Notes under the pieces: generated by a model
Database searches by the model: none
What the model was told of the DNA's origin: nothing
The model's input: the letters and a program-made list of their open reading frames with translations, nothing else
NCBI GenBank assembly: GCA_947478395.1
Contig: CANJVR010000009.1
Coordinates: 1-64,000, forward strand
Origin: Opitutia bacterium
GTDB taxonomy: Bacteria; Verrucomicrobiota; Verrucomicrobiia; Opitutales; Opitutaceae
Length of the DNA stretch: 64,000 nucleotides
Direction: 5' to 3'
In this document: one piece after another, positions 20,354-29,125 of the stretch
How positions within the stretch are numbered: position 1 is the first letter of the stretch
Layout of the letters: every line of letters starts with the position of its first letter
Translations under genes and position numbers: made by a program

Positions 20354-22276
20354 ATGCGTTTTCCAATCCCCGCCGCTGTCCTGCTCGTTCTACTCGCGCC
20401 AGCAATTTCCCCTCTGGCCTCAGCCGCTGCTTCCTCCCCGTCGACGGTGGCGCTCTCTGCTTTCGATACGAGCGAACTCGCGGTCTTTGAACGCAAAGCC
20501 ACGCTCGCGAAACGCCTCGGCGCCACTCACGTCCCGCTGACCGACGGTTTGCCCGTGGCCAAATGGCAGTTTCAGCCGGCGGACGATCCGTATCCCGCCT
20601 GGTTTATCCAGCGGCCCGATTTCCTGAAACTGTTTCCGCCGGCGGAGGTGAGGCCTTTCGTCGACACGAATTACGGCGATCGCATCGTCACGATTTTAGA
20701 GGAGCGCTGTAAAATCCTCCGCCGGCTCGGACTGAAAGCCCACTGGGGCTCGAATATTCCGCAGGTTTTGCCCGAGGCGTTTTTCACGGCCTACCCGCAG
20801 CTGCGCGGGCCGCGGGTCGATCAACCCAACCGCTCGAAGGTCGCTCGTTTCTCCCTGTGCGTCGACGAGCCGGAAACGCTGCGCCTCTACGGCGAAGCGA
20901 TGAAGGCGCTGCTGACGCGCTGTCCGGAAATCGAAACGTTCGCGTTTCTCACGCAGGACTCCGGCTCGGGTTTCTGCTGGGTGCCGGCGCTCTATCCCGG
21001 ACTCAACGGCAACAGCGAATGCAAAGACCGCCCCATGGCGGATCGCATCTCCTCGTTTCTCATCGCGCTGAAAGACGCGGCGAAGCAGGCCGGCCAAGAG
21101 GTTGAAATCAGCCTCAACCCGATTACGCCGCGCCAGTGGATGACCCCGTCGTTCTCGCCCGAGCAACTCGATGCCATCGCGCACAAACTCCCGCGCGGCA
21201 TCGCGGTGCAGGGCCGCGAAGGTCCCGATGGCCGACCCTATCAGCGCGTCGGCACCAGCGACGCCTACGCGCGCGGTGCATTTTATCCGGTTGTCGGTCT
21301 CGTCCTGCCCGACGTCCGCTGGCTTCGCACCGGCCGCGCGCCCGCACCGCGTGCGGCGACCGACGGCGCACCTGAGCGGCGACTCATCAGCCTGCGCTCC
21401 GAGGAAGCCGTGATGGAATTCAACGCGCGTGTGTTCGACGCCACCAAAACGAGCCTGCGCGGCAACGCCGTCGAACGGCTCACCGCGTTGCGCGCGTTTG
21501 CGGTCACCGAGGCGGGCGAAACGGGCGCCGACGATCTCGTCGAAGCGTGGCTCCTGCTCGACGACGCCGAGCGCCGCCTCGAGGCGCTCGATTTCGGCGA
21601 CATGCTTCAATTCGGCAGCGTACTTAACCGCTGGATCAACCGTCCGATGGTTCCGTTTCCGGCCGATCTCTCCGCCGCGGATAAAAGCTACTACCGTCCG
21701 TTCCTTTTTCAGGCCAAGGGTGAGGAGCAAGCCGAAGACCTGATCGATATTCAGGGCATGCGCATGTTCGAGGGGTACGGCGCCAAGCTCTTGTTTCAGC
21801 GCGTGATTGAAATCGTGGTGCCGAGCGTGGAAGGCGCATTGAAGCGGAGCCGAAAGATCCGCGATGCCGCGACGGACCCGGCCGTGAAGGCGCGCTGGGA
21901 TTTATTTGGCCGGAGACTGGAAGTCGCCATCTGCCTGCTGCACTCGGCCGACAACATGGTTTCGTATCAGGCGCAGCTTGACCGCGTGAAAGGGCTGGCC
22001 CCAAAACCCGAAGCCAACCCCGTGCTTGGCGTCCAGAGCAGTTGGGATCGCACCGACCTGATGGAAACGGCGCGCAAGGAAATCGACAACACCGTGCGAC
22101 TTTCCCGTTTATTGCAAAGTACGCCCCAGCCGATGCTCGATCTCGCGCCGATCGCGGAGGAGGAAACCATCATGCGACTCGGCCCTGACATCGTCGCCCA
22201 GCTCAAGCGCAAGGTGGACCTGATGAACGCGCACTGGAGGGACTACGACCGGCTCTTCACCGCACCGAATCCCTGA
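20354..22276 (+). CDS. Secreted hypothetical protein (640 aa)
   Basis: Long ORF with host codon usage and a signal peptide; no family recognised. Confidence 0.75.
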   Translation: MRFPIPAAVLLVLLAPAISPLASAAASSPSTVALSAFDTSELAVFERKATLAKRLGATHVPLTDGLPVAKWQFQPADDPYPAWFIQRPDFLKLFPPAEVRPFVDTNYGDRIVTILEERCKILRRLGLKAHWGSNIPQVLPEAFFTAYPQLRGPRVDQPNRSKVARFSLCVDEPETLRLYGEAMKALLTRCPEIETFAFLTQDSGSGFCWVPALYPGLNGNSECKDRPMADRISSFLIALKDAAKQAGQEVEISLNPITPRQWMTPSFSPEQLDAIAHKLPRGIAVQGREGPDGRPYQRVGTSDAYARGAFYPVVGLVLPDVRWLRTGRAPAPRAATDGAPERRLISLRSEEAVMEFNARVFDATKTSLRGNAVERLTALRAFAVTEAGETGADDLVEAWLLLDDAERRLEALDFGDMLQFGSVLNRWINRPMVPFPADLSAADKSYYRPFLFQAKGEEQAEDLIDIQGMRMFEGYGAKLLFQRVIEIVVPSVEGALKRSRKIRDAATDPAVKARWDLFGRRLEVAICLLHSADNMVSYQAQLDRVKGLAPKPEANPVLGVQSSWDRTDLMETARKEIDNTVRLSRLLQSTPQPMLDLAPIAEEETIMRLGPDIVAQLKRKVDLMNAHWRDYDRLFTAPNP

Positions 22277-22454
22277 GCGGCCTGACCATCGCGGCCGCCG
22301 TGAGGTTTACCCGTCTCCGGCGGCGCCCGAAGGCGACCGGGGCTTTCGGAGAGTTCTAACACGGTCGGGTCCCAAACACCCGGCGGCAAAATCGAACTCA
22401 AAATTCTGGCGGTAAGCTACGAGCGCGAAGTTAGGGATCTGGCGGACGATTGAA

Positions 22455-23303
22455 TCAACGAGCCCCACCAGGGGGCATCGTTTTCACGAGCCACGCCACC
22501 ACGCGGTCCTTGAAATCCGGCATGAGCGGGGGCCACGGCAGCATCCCGTGCGGTCCGTCTTTGATGGCGATGAGTTCACAAGGAACACCGACCGCCTTCA
22601 ACCGCGCCTGAAGATTGACCGACTGCTCGAAGGAAACGCTCTGATCCGCGGTGCCATGCACCAAGAGAAACGGGGGCAGGCCCGCTTTCACGAAGTTGAT
22701 CGGCGAAGCGTCATGCAGCAATTTCAGCGTCTGATCATCGAGGGTGTTGCGACCCACGAATGCGCTATAGCTCGGACTAAGCTCACCGCGTTTTTTTGTT
22801 TCGGCGACCAAGTCGGATGGGCCGTAAAATATCATGGTCGCCGCAATGCTGGTGTCGCCGTGAGCCCGCATCGCCACGAATGAAACGATCTGACCGCCCG
22901 CCGACTCGCCCGCGATGGCGATGCGACGTGGATCAATGTGATACTCTGCGGCGTGAGCTTTGACCCAGCGGATCGCCGTTTCCAAATCTTCCGCGGGCGC
23001 GGGATGATGAAATTTTGGACCGAGCCGATAGTTGATGGAGAACCACGCGTAGCCCGCGGCAGTCAGAGGATCCTGCATCGGCGCCATGTAGCCTTTCTTC
23101 GGCCCGCCGCTTTTGTCGCCAGCCGTCCATCCGCCGCCGTGAACCAAGATCACCGCCGGAAACAGACCCGGGCCGTCTGGCACCGCAAGATCGAGCTTTA
23201 GGCTTTCACCCGCAGCTTGGCCATATTCGACGTCAGTTTTGTTGGCGGCGAAGAGCATCGGAACGAGCGCGCCGGCCAGAATCGCGAGACGGAGGACTTT
23301 CAT
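22455..23303 (-). CDS. Secreted alpha/beta hydrolase (HSL-like/BD-FAE-like esterase)
   Basis: HGGGW, GESAGG, HGTAD..V and C-terminal HG; signal peptide. Confidence 0.85.
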   Translation of the reverse strand: MKVLRLAILAGALVPMLFAANKTDVEYGQAAGESLKLDLAVPDGPGLFPAVILVHGGGWTAGDKSGGPKKGYMAPMQDPLTAAGYAWFSINYRLGPKFHHPAPAEDLETAIRWVKAHAAEYHIDPRRIAIAGESAGGQIVSFVAMRAHGDTSIAATMIFYGPSDLVAETKKRGELSPSYSAFVGRNTLDDQTLKLLHDASPINFVKAGLPPFLLVHGTADQSVSFEQSVNLQARLKAVGVPCELIAIKDGPHGMLPWPPLMPDFKDRVVAWLVKTMPPGGAR

Positions 23304-23610
23304 GAGGAGAAGACTTTCTGAGGTTATCGATGGACAGGGATGGGGCCGACCACGCGTGGATGCGTTCGGCGCAAGAGAGCGGGACGAACGTGCTGAGCGC
23401 TTTTGCTGCGCTCAACCACTTTTCCCGGCGCCACGGAATCTTTGACGGCGTTGCGTCAGATCGCGTGAGGCTAATCGCCCGCCGGTTCGATGCGGACGAA
23501 ATCGAGCCAGGGCGCGTTAGCCCAAACGCGCCGGTTGAATATCGCTGATCCTGAGCGCGGGCGACGATGCCACGCCCGTGAAATAAAGATAATCAGCCCT
23601 ACCTTAATCC

Positions 23611-25011
23611 CTACGGCGTCTGAGCGCGCGATGCGGCTGGAGCTGCCGGCGCCGGTCCCCGCGCGCCACGGGTCGGCACACCGGGTCCGGGTGATTGCCG
23701 CAGGTATTCCGCCGGCGGTTCGGGATGCGCGGGATCCATCGGCTTGAAATCATCGACCAGGAACTTCGCGAGGGCTGGCACACTTTTCCTGATCCCAGAA
23801 ACCATGAGCTTCGCGAGCAAGTAACCGCCGTAACCGCTGAGGTGCGTCTGATCGCTGAACGCGGAGTTCACGTTTACTCCCATTGCGGTCCAGAGTTCCT
23901 TGCTCGCGGCCCATTGGTCGATGAGCGGGATGTTTTCCTGCGCGGCCAGTTCGCGCATCGCACGCGCCCAAGCGCCGACCGTGTCGCCGTTGGTGCGACG
24001 TTCCATCGGCGTCACCAACACCAGTGTGGCGCCGCGCCGGCGCGTCTCCTCAAGGAAAACCCGCAGGTAAGCTTTGAACGACGTCGCGGGATCGGTGTAC
24101 GTCTGCGGCCAGTTCGCCTTCGAGTCGTTGTGGCCGAACTGCACGAGGAAAAAATCGCCCGCTTTCATCTGACTCAAGACTTTGTCCATGCGCAGGCCGG
24201 TGACGAAGCTCTTGCTCGTTTCTCCGCCCTCCGCGCTGTTGCAGAGCGCGATCTCAGGTTTGAAGAACTGGCAAATTTGCGTCGGCCAGTTGCCGCCGGG
24301 CCCACGGCGCGGATCGCCGACCGTGGAATCGCCCGCCACAAAAATCGTGGGCAGGGCATTATCCTTCACGATCTCCATGGCGACGAGACACGGATGCGCG
24401 CCGTTAAACTCGATCGTAAGTTTTTCATCCCAGCAGCGCGCCTCCGCCTCGCCGGCGAGAAACATGTGCACCTCGGTTCCGCCCGGTGCGTTCTGCGGCG
24501 GAGCAGGGATCTGCGGCCGACGGACGTTCGCCACGATGGTGCGAGTTTCAAATTTTCCGGCCGTGGTCACGACCCCGGCCGTCATGAGATGACCCGCCTC
24601 GGTGCGCAGCGTGGTCGCTGAATCGCCCTGCGCATCGCCGAGCGTCACCGTGATGCGATAGTTGCCCTCGGGCACTTTCACGGAAAAGAAAAACGGCGAT
24701 TCGCTACCGGTCACATGACCCGCCCGGGCAGGATCGGCGCCGCCGCGCGTCACGCCGACGACCTTCGAGTTGAAATCGAATCCATAGCCGCGTTCCACGC
24801 TGTAGTTCAAGTCGGCGGCCACCGGCGTGAACCCCGGGCGCGCGGGACCTTGCGTGAAATCAAATTTGAACTCGGCGTTAACCGGCGGCGGAGGTGCCAG
24901 CGCCTGGTCTTCCGGCCGTTGCGCAGCGAGCCGCAGAGCGGAAACGGACAGCCAGCAAGCCAAGCTCAACGACGGGACCAAAGAGCGGAGAAAGCGAAAT
25001 GATGCATTCAT
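23611..25011 (-). CDS. Rhamnogalacturonan acetylesterase (CE12, RhgT/YesT-like)
   Basis: N-terminal beta-sandwich (KFDF...RGYGFD); SGNH motifs GDSTV, QFGHND, DQTH. Confidence 0.85.
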   Translation of the reverse strand: MNASFRFLRSLVPSLSLACWLSVSALRLAAQRPEDQALAPPPPVNAEFKFDFTQGPARPGFTPVAADLNYSVERGYGFDFNSKVVGVTRGGADPARAGHVTGSESPFFFSVKVPEGNYRITVTLGDAQGDSATTLRTEAGHLMTAGVVTTAGKFETRTIVANVRRPQIPAPPQNAPGGTEVHMFLAGEAEARCWDEKLTIEFNGAHPCLVAMEIVKDNALPTIFVAGDSTVGDPRRGPGGNWPTQICQFFKPEIALCNSAEGGETSKSFVTGLRMDKVLSQMKAGDFFLVQFGHNDSKANWPQTYTDPATSFKAYLRVFLEETRRRGATLVLVTPMERRTNGDTVGAWARAMRELAAQENIPLIDQWAASKELWTAMGVNVNSAFSDQTHLSGYGGYLLAKLMVSGIRKSVPALAKFLVDDFKPMDPAHPEPPAEYLRQSPGPGVPTRGARGPAPAAPAASRAQTP

Positions 25012-25055
25012 GGTTGATTACGATGGGGCGATGGGGGTGAAAACGACCGAGCGGT

Positions 25056-26531
25056 TTACTTGGCCGGCGGGGATTTGCTCGGATCGACCAAAGTGCCCGA
25101 GGCGCCGGTTTCGGTGGCGAGCGGCGCGGCGTTTGCCACTACAACCGGATGATCAAACTCGAGCGCCACGATTGAAACATCGGGATCGGGCGCCGCCGCC
25201 GGGAGGCTGAGCAGGATTCCTTCCGGCGTAACCGTCGCCGCAACTTTTTCCGAATTCGCCAGCAAACGCGCGGCGCGCGGCGCCTGCTTCAGGTCGGGCA
25301 AAATAATTTTTCCGTCGGCCGGCCAATTCCAAACGTGCACGTAGAGCGTCGTAGCCCCTCCGGCCCGCGCCTTCTGCGTCGTGCGACCCCAAATGAGCGG
25401 CTGCGGATAAACGCTGCCGCGTGTCGCGTAGATGGCCTCGCCGTTCACCTTGAGCCACCGGCCAATCGCGAGCAGGCGCTCCACTTCCGGCGCGGGAATC
25501 ACGCCTTCCGCGGTGGGGCCGACGTTGAGCAGATAATTCCCGTCCTTGCTCGTGATGTCGGAGAGATTGCGGATCAATTGCTGCGCGGATTTCCAGTTAA
25601 GATCGTCCGCGCGATAACCCCAGGAATTGTTGATCGTCATGTTGACCTCCAGCGCCCGGCCCAACATCGCGCTCGCTGGAATGCGTTGCTCCGACGTGCG
25701 AAAATCCCCCAGCACGCCGCCGCCCAGCCGGCTGTTGTGAATGAGATTCGGGTGCGCCACCACAAGGTCGAAAAACGGTCGCGCGCGCTCCGGCGTCATC
25801 TGGTATTCGGTGTCCCACCAGAGAATGTCCGGATGAAACTTGTCCATCAGCTCGCGGACCTGAGGCAGCGCGATCTTCGCGAGATACTCGTCGAATGAAC
25901 CTTTCTTTTGCTCCTCGTCCCACGGCGGCGTGTTGCCCTTCCCGCCGCCCAGATTCACCCAGTCCTGCGACTGCGAATAGTAAGTACCAAACTTCAGTCC
26001 CTTCGCCCGCACCGCCGCAGCCAGTGGTTGAATCAAATCGCGTTTCGCGCCGGATGCTTTGACGGCATTCCAATCGGAATACGCGGAATCGAAGAGCGTG
26101 AAGCCGTCGTGATGCTTGGTTGTGATGACGACGTATTTCACGCCCGCATCGGCGGCAAGCTGCGCCCAGGCGACGGGATCGTATTGCGCCGCCGTGAAAT
26201 CTTTCGCCAGCGCCTTGTAGTCGGCCATCGGAATCTTGCCCTGATTCATAATCCACTCGGCTCCGACCTTGCGCCCCTGCCACGTGCCGGCGGGCACGGC
26301 GTACACGCCCCAATGAATGAACAACCCGAAGCGCGCTGCGCGAAACCAGTTCAACCGCGCGTCCTGTTGCTCCGTCGATTCGTCCCGCACGACGGCCGGC
26401 AATGCCGGCAGACCAGCGGAAGCCGGAGCCAGGCGGATCACGGGAGGCGCCGCCAGCACCGCAGCATTTTCCGCCCACACCGGTGAGCCGGAAGAGAGTA
26501 AAATGAGACCGAGGCAGATTTTAAGGTTCAT
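25056..26531 (-). CDS. Alpha-L-fucosidase (GH29)
   Basis: RFGLFIHWG, TKHHDGF, LWWD nucleophile, SWGY, GNYLLNVGP. Confidence 0.9.
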   Translation of the reverse strand: MNLKICLGLILLSSGSPVWAENAAVLAAPPVIRLAPASAGLPALPAVVRDESTEQQDARLNWFRAARFGLFIHWGVYAVPAGTWQGRKVGAEWIMNQGKIPMADYKALAKDFTAAQYDPVAWAQLAADAGVKYVVITTKHHDGFTLFDSAYSDWNAVKASGAKRDLIQPLAAAVRAKGLKFGTYYSQSQDWVNLGGGKGNTPPWDEEQKKGSFDEYLAKIALPQVRELMDKFHPDILWWDTEYQMTPERARPFFDLVVAHPNLIHNSRLGGGVLGDFRTSEQRIPASAMLGRALEVNMTINNSWGYRADDLNWKSAQQLIRNLSDITSKDGNYLLNVGPTAEGVIPAPEVERLLAIGRWLKVNGEAIYATRGSVYPQPLIWGRTTQKARAGGATTLYVHVWNWPADGKIILPDLKQAPRAARLLANSEKVAATVTPEGILLSLPAAAPDPDVSIVALEFDHPVVVANAAPLATETGASGTLVDPSKSPPAK

Positions 26532-26578
26532 AAAAATTGAAGGACCAGACTCCCCGCGGCGGCAAGGAGCACGCGCAC

Positions 26579-26854
26579 TTATGTTTTTTCGGGTAACGGA
26601 GCGATGCGTTTCACCTCGAGCACGATGTCATCGCAATCAATATCGAAGGCTTCCGGCGTCGCGCCCCACCACCGAAATTCAAAATAAAAATCGTTGCAGG
26701 CACCGACAGGATTCGTCGAAGCCCCGGTGAACTTGGAAACTAAATCTGTCGCATAGGCCGGCTGGCGGTTGATCTCCACCGCGTTCACGCCACCCGTCGC
26801 TAAGAACGCGACCATCCGGATAGGGAACGATTGTAAGCCAGGTGACGGTTTCAC
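26579..26854 (-). pseudogene. C-terminal remnant of a paralogue of the 3868-4716 protein
   Basis: TNPVGACNDFYFEFRWWGATPEAFDIDCDDIVLEVKRIAPL aligns with TDLVKGFVDFSFGFHSWGAGAKEDFDIYYDDIVIDTKRVGLV; N-terminal two-thirds missing. Confidence 0.65.
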
Positions 26855-26895
26855 GAGGAACAGGCCATCAAAGCCAGCGCGGCATTAGCCCGCGC

Positions 26896-28086
26896 TCAAT
26901 TCTGGGCCGTCGCCAGCGCCGTCGCGGCCGATTGCACCAAAGCGCGGGCCGGCTCGTTCTCGAAATTATCCGGGAGATTCGCCCGCTGGATCATCAGCAC
27001 ATACACCCGGCCCTTTACCGGATCGACGATGAGCTCCGTGCCGCAGGCGCCAGGATGGCCGAACGAACCGGGCGAAAGCATCGCGGTGACGCCGTCGTGC
27101 GGCGCCCGCAAAACGAAAGCTCCCGCGCCCCACCCGAGCACCTGGTTAAACTGGCCCGTACTATAACCCGTCGATAGGTCGCCGGTGCACACTGTCGTCA
27201 AACGCTGATAGGACGCTTCGCTCAGGTAGCGCTTCCCGGCGACGACGCCACGATTGAGCAGCATCTGACCAAAACGCGCCAGATCGCTGGCGGTGGCGTG
27301 CAAACCCCCACCCGGCACCGGCGGAAATTGTCCGCGCACCGGCCGGCCGAACTGCAGCGCCCGAGGTTGCAGCTCCTTCGTGGCGTTGTTCGTCGCGTAA
27401 CAGACCGCGAGGCGGCCTTGCTGTTCGTCGCTCGTGTAGAACGTCGTGTCCTTCATCCCAAGCGGATCGAAAATCCGTTCCTGCAGGAACACGTCGTACG
27501 ATTTCCCACTGACGATTTCCACGATGCGGCCGGCGGTGTCGAAACCGAAGCTGGTGTATTTCCATCGCTCGCCAGGTTCGAAAAGCATCGGTGCGGCTGG
27601 AAAATAACTATCGATCGTCTCGGTGAGGTTTTTCTTCCCTGCATACGATCCGCGTTTGATTTCCGCGAGCCCGGAGGTGTGCGTGAGCAAATGCTGGATC
27701 GTGAGATTCGCCGGCTTCCCGGAGGGCGTTTTGAGTTCCGCGAACGCCGGGATGAATTTCGCGACAGGATCGGAGAGACTCAGCTTGCCCTCGTCGACCA
27801 GCATCAACACCGCCGTTGCCGTGATCGGCTTCGTCGAAGACGCCAGCCAGAACATCGCGTCGGTTTCCATCGGACGCTTGCTCGCGAGATCGGCCATGCC
27901 GGTGGCTTCGAGGTGCAGGATTTTGTCTTTCGTCGCGACCAGTGTAACGGCGCCAGCGACTTCATGAGCATCGACGGTGGCCTGCATCGCGGCGCCGACG
28001 CCGGCGAGTTTCGGCGCAGCCGCCATCGCCGCAATCGGGAGAGCTACCACCAAAGACAAACCGGCGAAAAAACGAGGACTGATCAT
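26896..28086 (-). CDS. Serine hydrolase, beta-lactamase/family VIII esterase fold, secreted
   Basis: ASSTK (SxxK), LLTHTSG, WKYT, FGHPG; signal peptide. Confidence 0.85.
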   Translation of the reverse strand: MISPRFFAGLSLVVALPIAAMAAAPKLAGVGAAMQATVDAHEVAGAVTLVATKDKILHLEATGMADLASKRPMETDAMFWLASSTKPITATAVLMLVDEGKLSLSDPVAKFIPAFAELKTPSGKPANLTIQHLLTHTSGLAEIKRGSYAGKKNLTETIDSYFPAAPMLFEPGERWKYTSFGFDTAGRIVEIVSGKSYDVFLQERIFDPLGMKDTTFYTSDEQQGRLAVCYATNNATKELQPRALQFGRPVRGQFPPVPGGGLHATASDLARFGQMLLNRGVVAGKRYLSEASYQRLTTVCTGDLSTGYSTGQFNQVLGWGAGAFVLRAPHDGVTAMLSPGSFGHPGACGTELIVDPVKGRVYVLMIQRANLPDNFENEPARALVQSAATALATAQN

Positions 28087-28194
28087 GGGGATAAATAAAT
28101 GAGAAAGAAAATTTCTAAGAATCACCGATGTCACTTAATAGGTGACATGTGGAGCGGGCCGGAATGCGTGCGTGCTCAGGGAGAAGAACCTCGA

Positions 28195-29022
28195 TCACTT
28201 CGCGGCGACGAAGCCGGTGGCGGTCAGCCAGCCGGTGAACAGCTTGGGCCACTCCGTGGTTGGCGTGCCTTTTTTGCCGAGCCCAAAGCCATGGCCACCC
28301 TTTGCGAACAAATGCATTTCCACCGGGACCTTCAGGGCCCGCACCCACGTGTACATCCGGATGCTGTCGTCGGTGTTGTCGTCGACCGCCTGCGCGATGA
28401 ACGTCGGCGCGATATCAGCGGGCAGCGGCGCGAGGCTTAGCGGAATCTGGGCGTAAATCGGCGCGAGGAAAGCGGGACGCGCCGCTTTGGGCGGCTTCGT
28501 GCCCGCAAGCGCGGTCAGGTTTCCACCCGCCGAGAAGCCCATCATGCCCAACTTCGCGGGATCGATACCCCACTCCGCCGCGTGCGCCCGCACTAACTCC
28601 AGGGCCTGCACCGCATCGGCCAACGGCTGATCGACCGTGTAAACATTACCGGGAGTTTTCGGCAGGCGGTATTTCAGCACAATGCCGGTGATCCCCTGCG
28701 TCGCGAGCCAGCGGGCCACGTCGTGGCCTTCCTTGTCGATCGTCACGTGATCGTACCCGCCTCCGGGCGCGATCAACACCGCGACGCCGTTGGCCACGGA
28801 TTTGTCCGCGCGGTGCACGGTGATCGTCGGGACGTGCACCTGTCGGACCGCGCGATCGACCACGCCATCTTTGCCGCGCTCTTCCCAAATTTCTTTTTCA
28901 TTTCGCCCTTCAGATCCGGGAGCGATTCCCGGCCAGACCGGCATTTCAAGCGGTTCTGCGGCACGCGCGATCCCGGCCAGCAACAACGCCACGACGACGA
29001 GCAAACGGGGTGATGAACTCAT
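28195..29022 (-). CDS. Secreted alpha/beta hydrolase (acetyl esterase-like)
   Basis: PGGGY, LKYRLP, GFSAGG, GGHGFG; start placed at MSSSPR. Confidence 0.85.
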   Translation of the reverse strand: MSSSPRLLVVVALLLAGIARAAEPLEMPVWPGIAPGSEGRNEKEIWEERGKDGVVDRAVRQVHVPTITVHRADKSVANGVAVLIAPGGGYDHVTIDKEGHDVARWLATQGITGIVLKYRLPKTPGNVYTVDQPLADAVQALELVRAHAAEWGIDPAKLGMMGFSAGGNLTALAGTKPPKAARPAFLAPIYAQIPLSLAPLPADIAPTFIAQAVDDNTDDSIRMYTWVRALKVPVEMHLFAKGGHGFGLGKKGTPTTEWPKLFTGWLTATGFVAAK

Positions 29023-29077
29023 GCGAGCAAAGATGCCGCCGGGATGCCACGCCGCCAGTTTCAAAATAGATGAAAAC

Positions 29078-29115
29078 AAAAAGGGGCGAGACCGGCCCGG
29101 CCTCGCCCCTTTTTT
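29078..29115. terminator. Intrinsic terminator after PL26 copy 2 (bidirectional form)
   Basis: AAAAAGGGGCGAG...CTCGCCCCTTTTTT. Confidence 0.85.
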
Positions 29116-29125
29116 CAGACCGACC

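Noticed and set aside
26896..28086. Beta-lactam resistance gene
   Set aside because: The SxxK fold is shared with family VIII esterases, it lacks the KTG motif (has HPG), and it sits among carbohydrate esterases.
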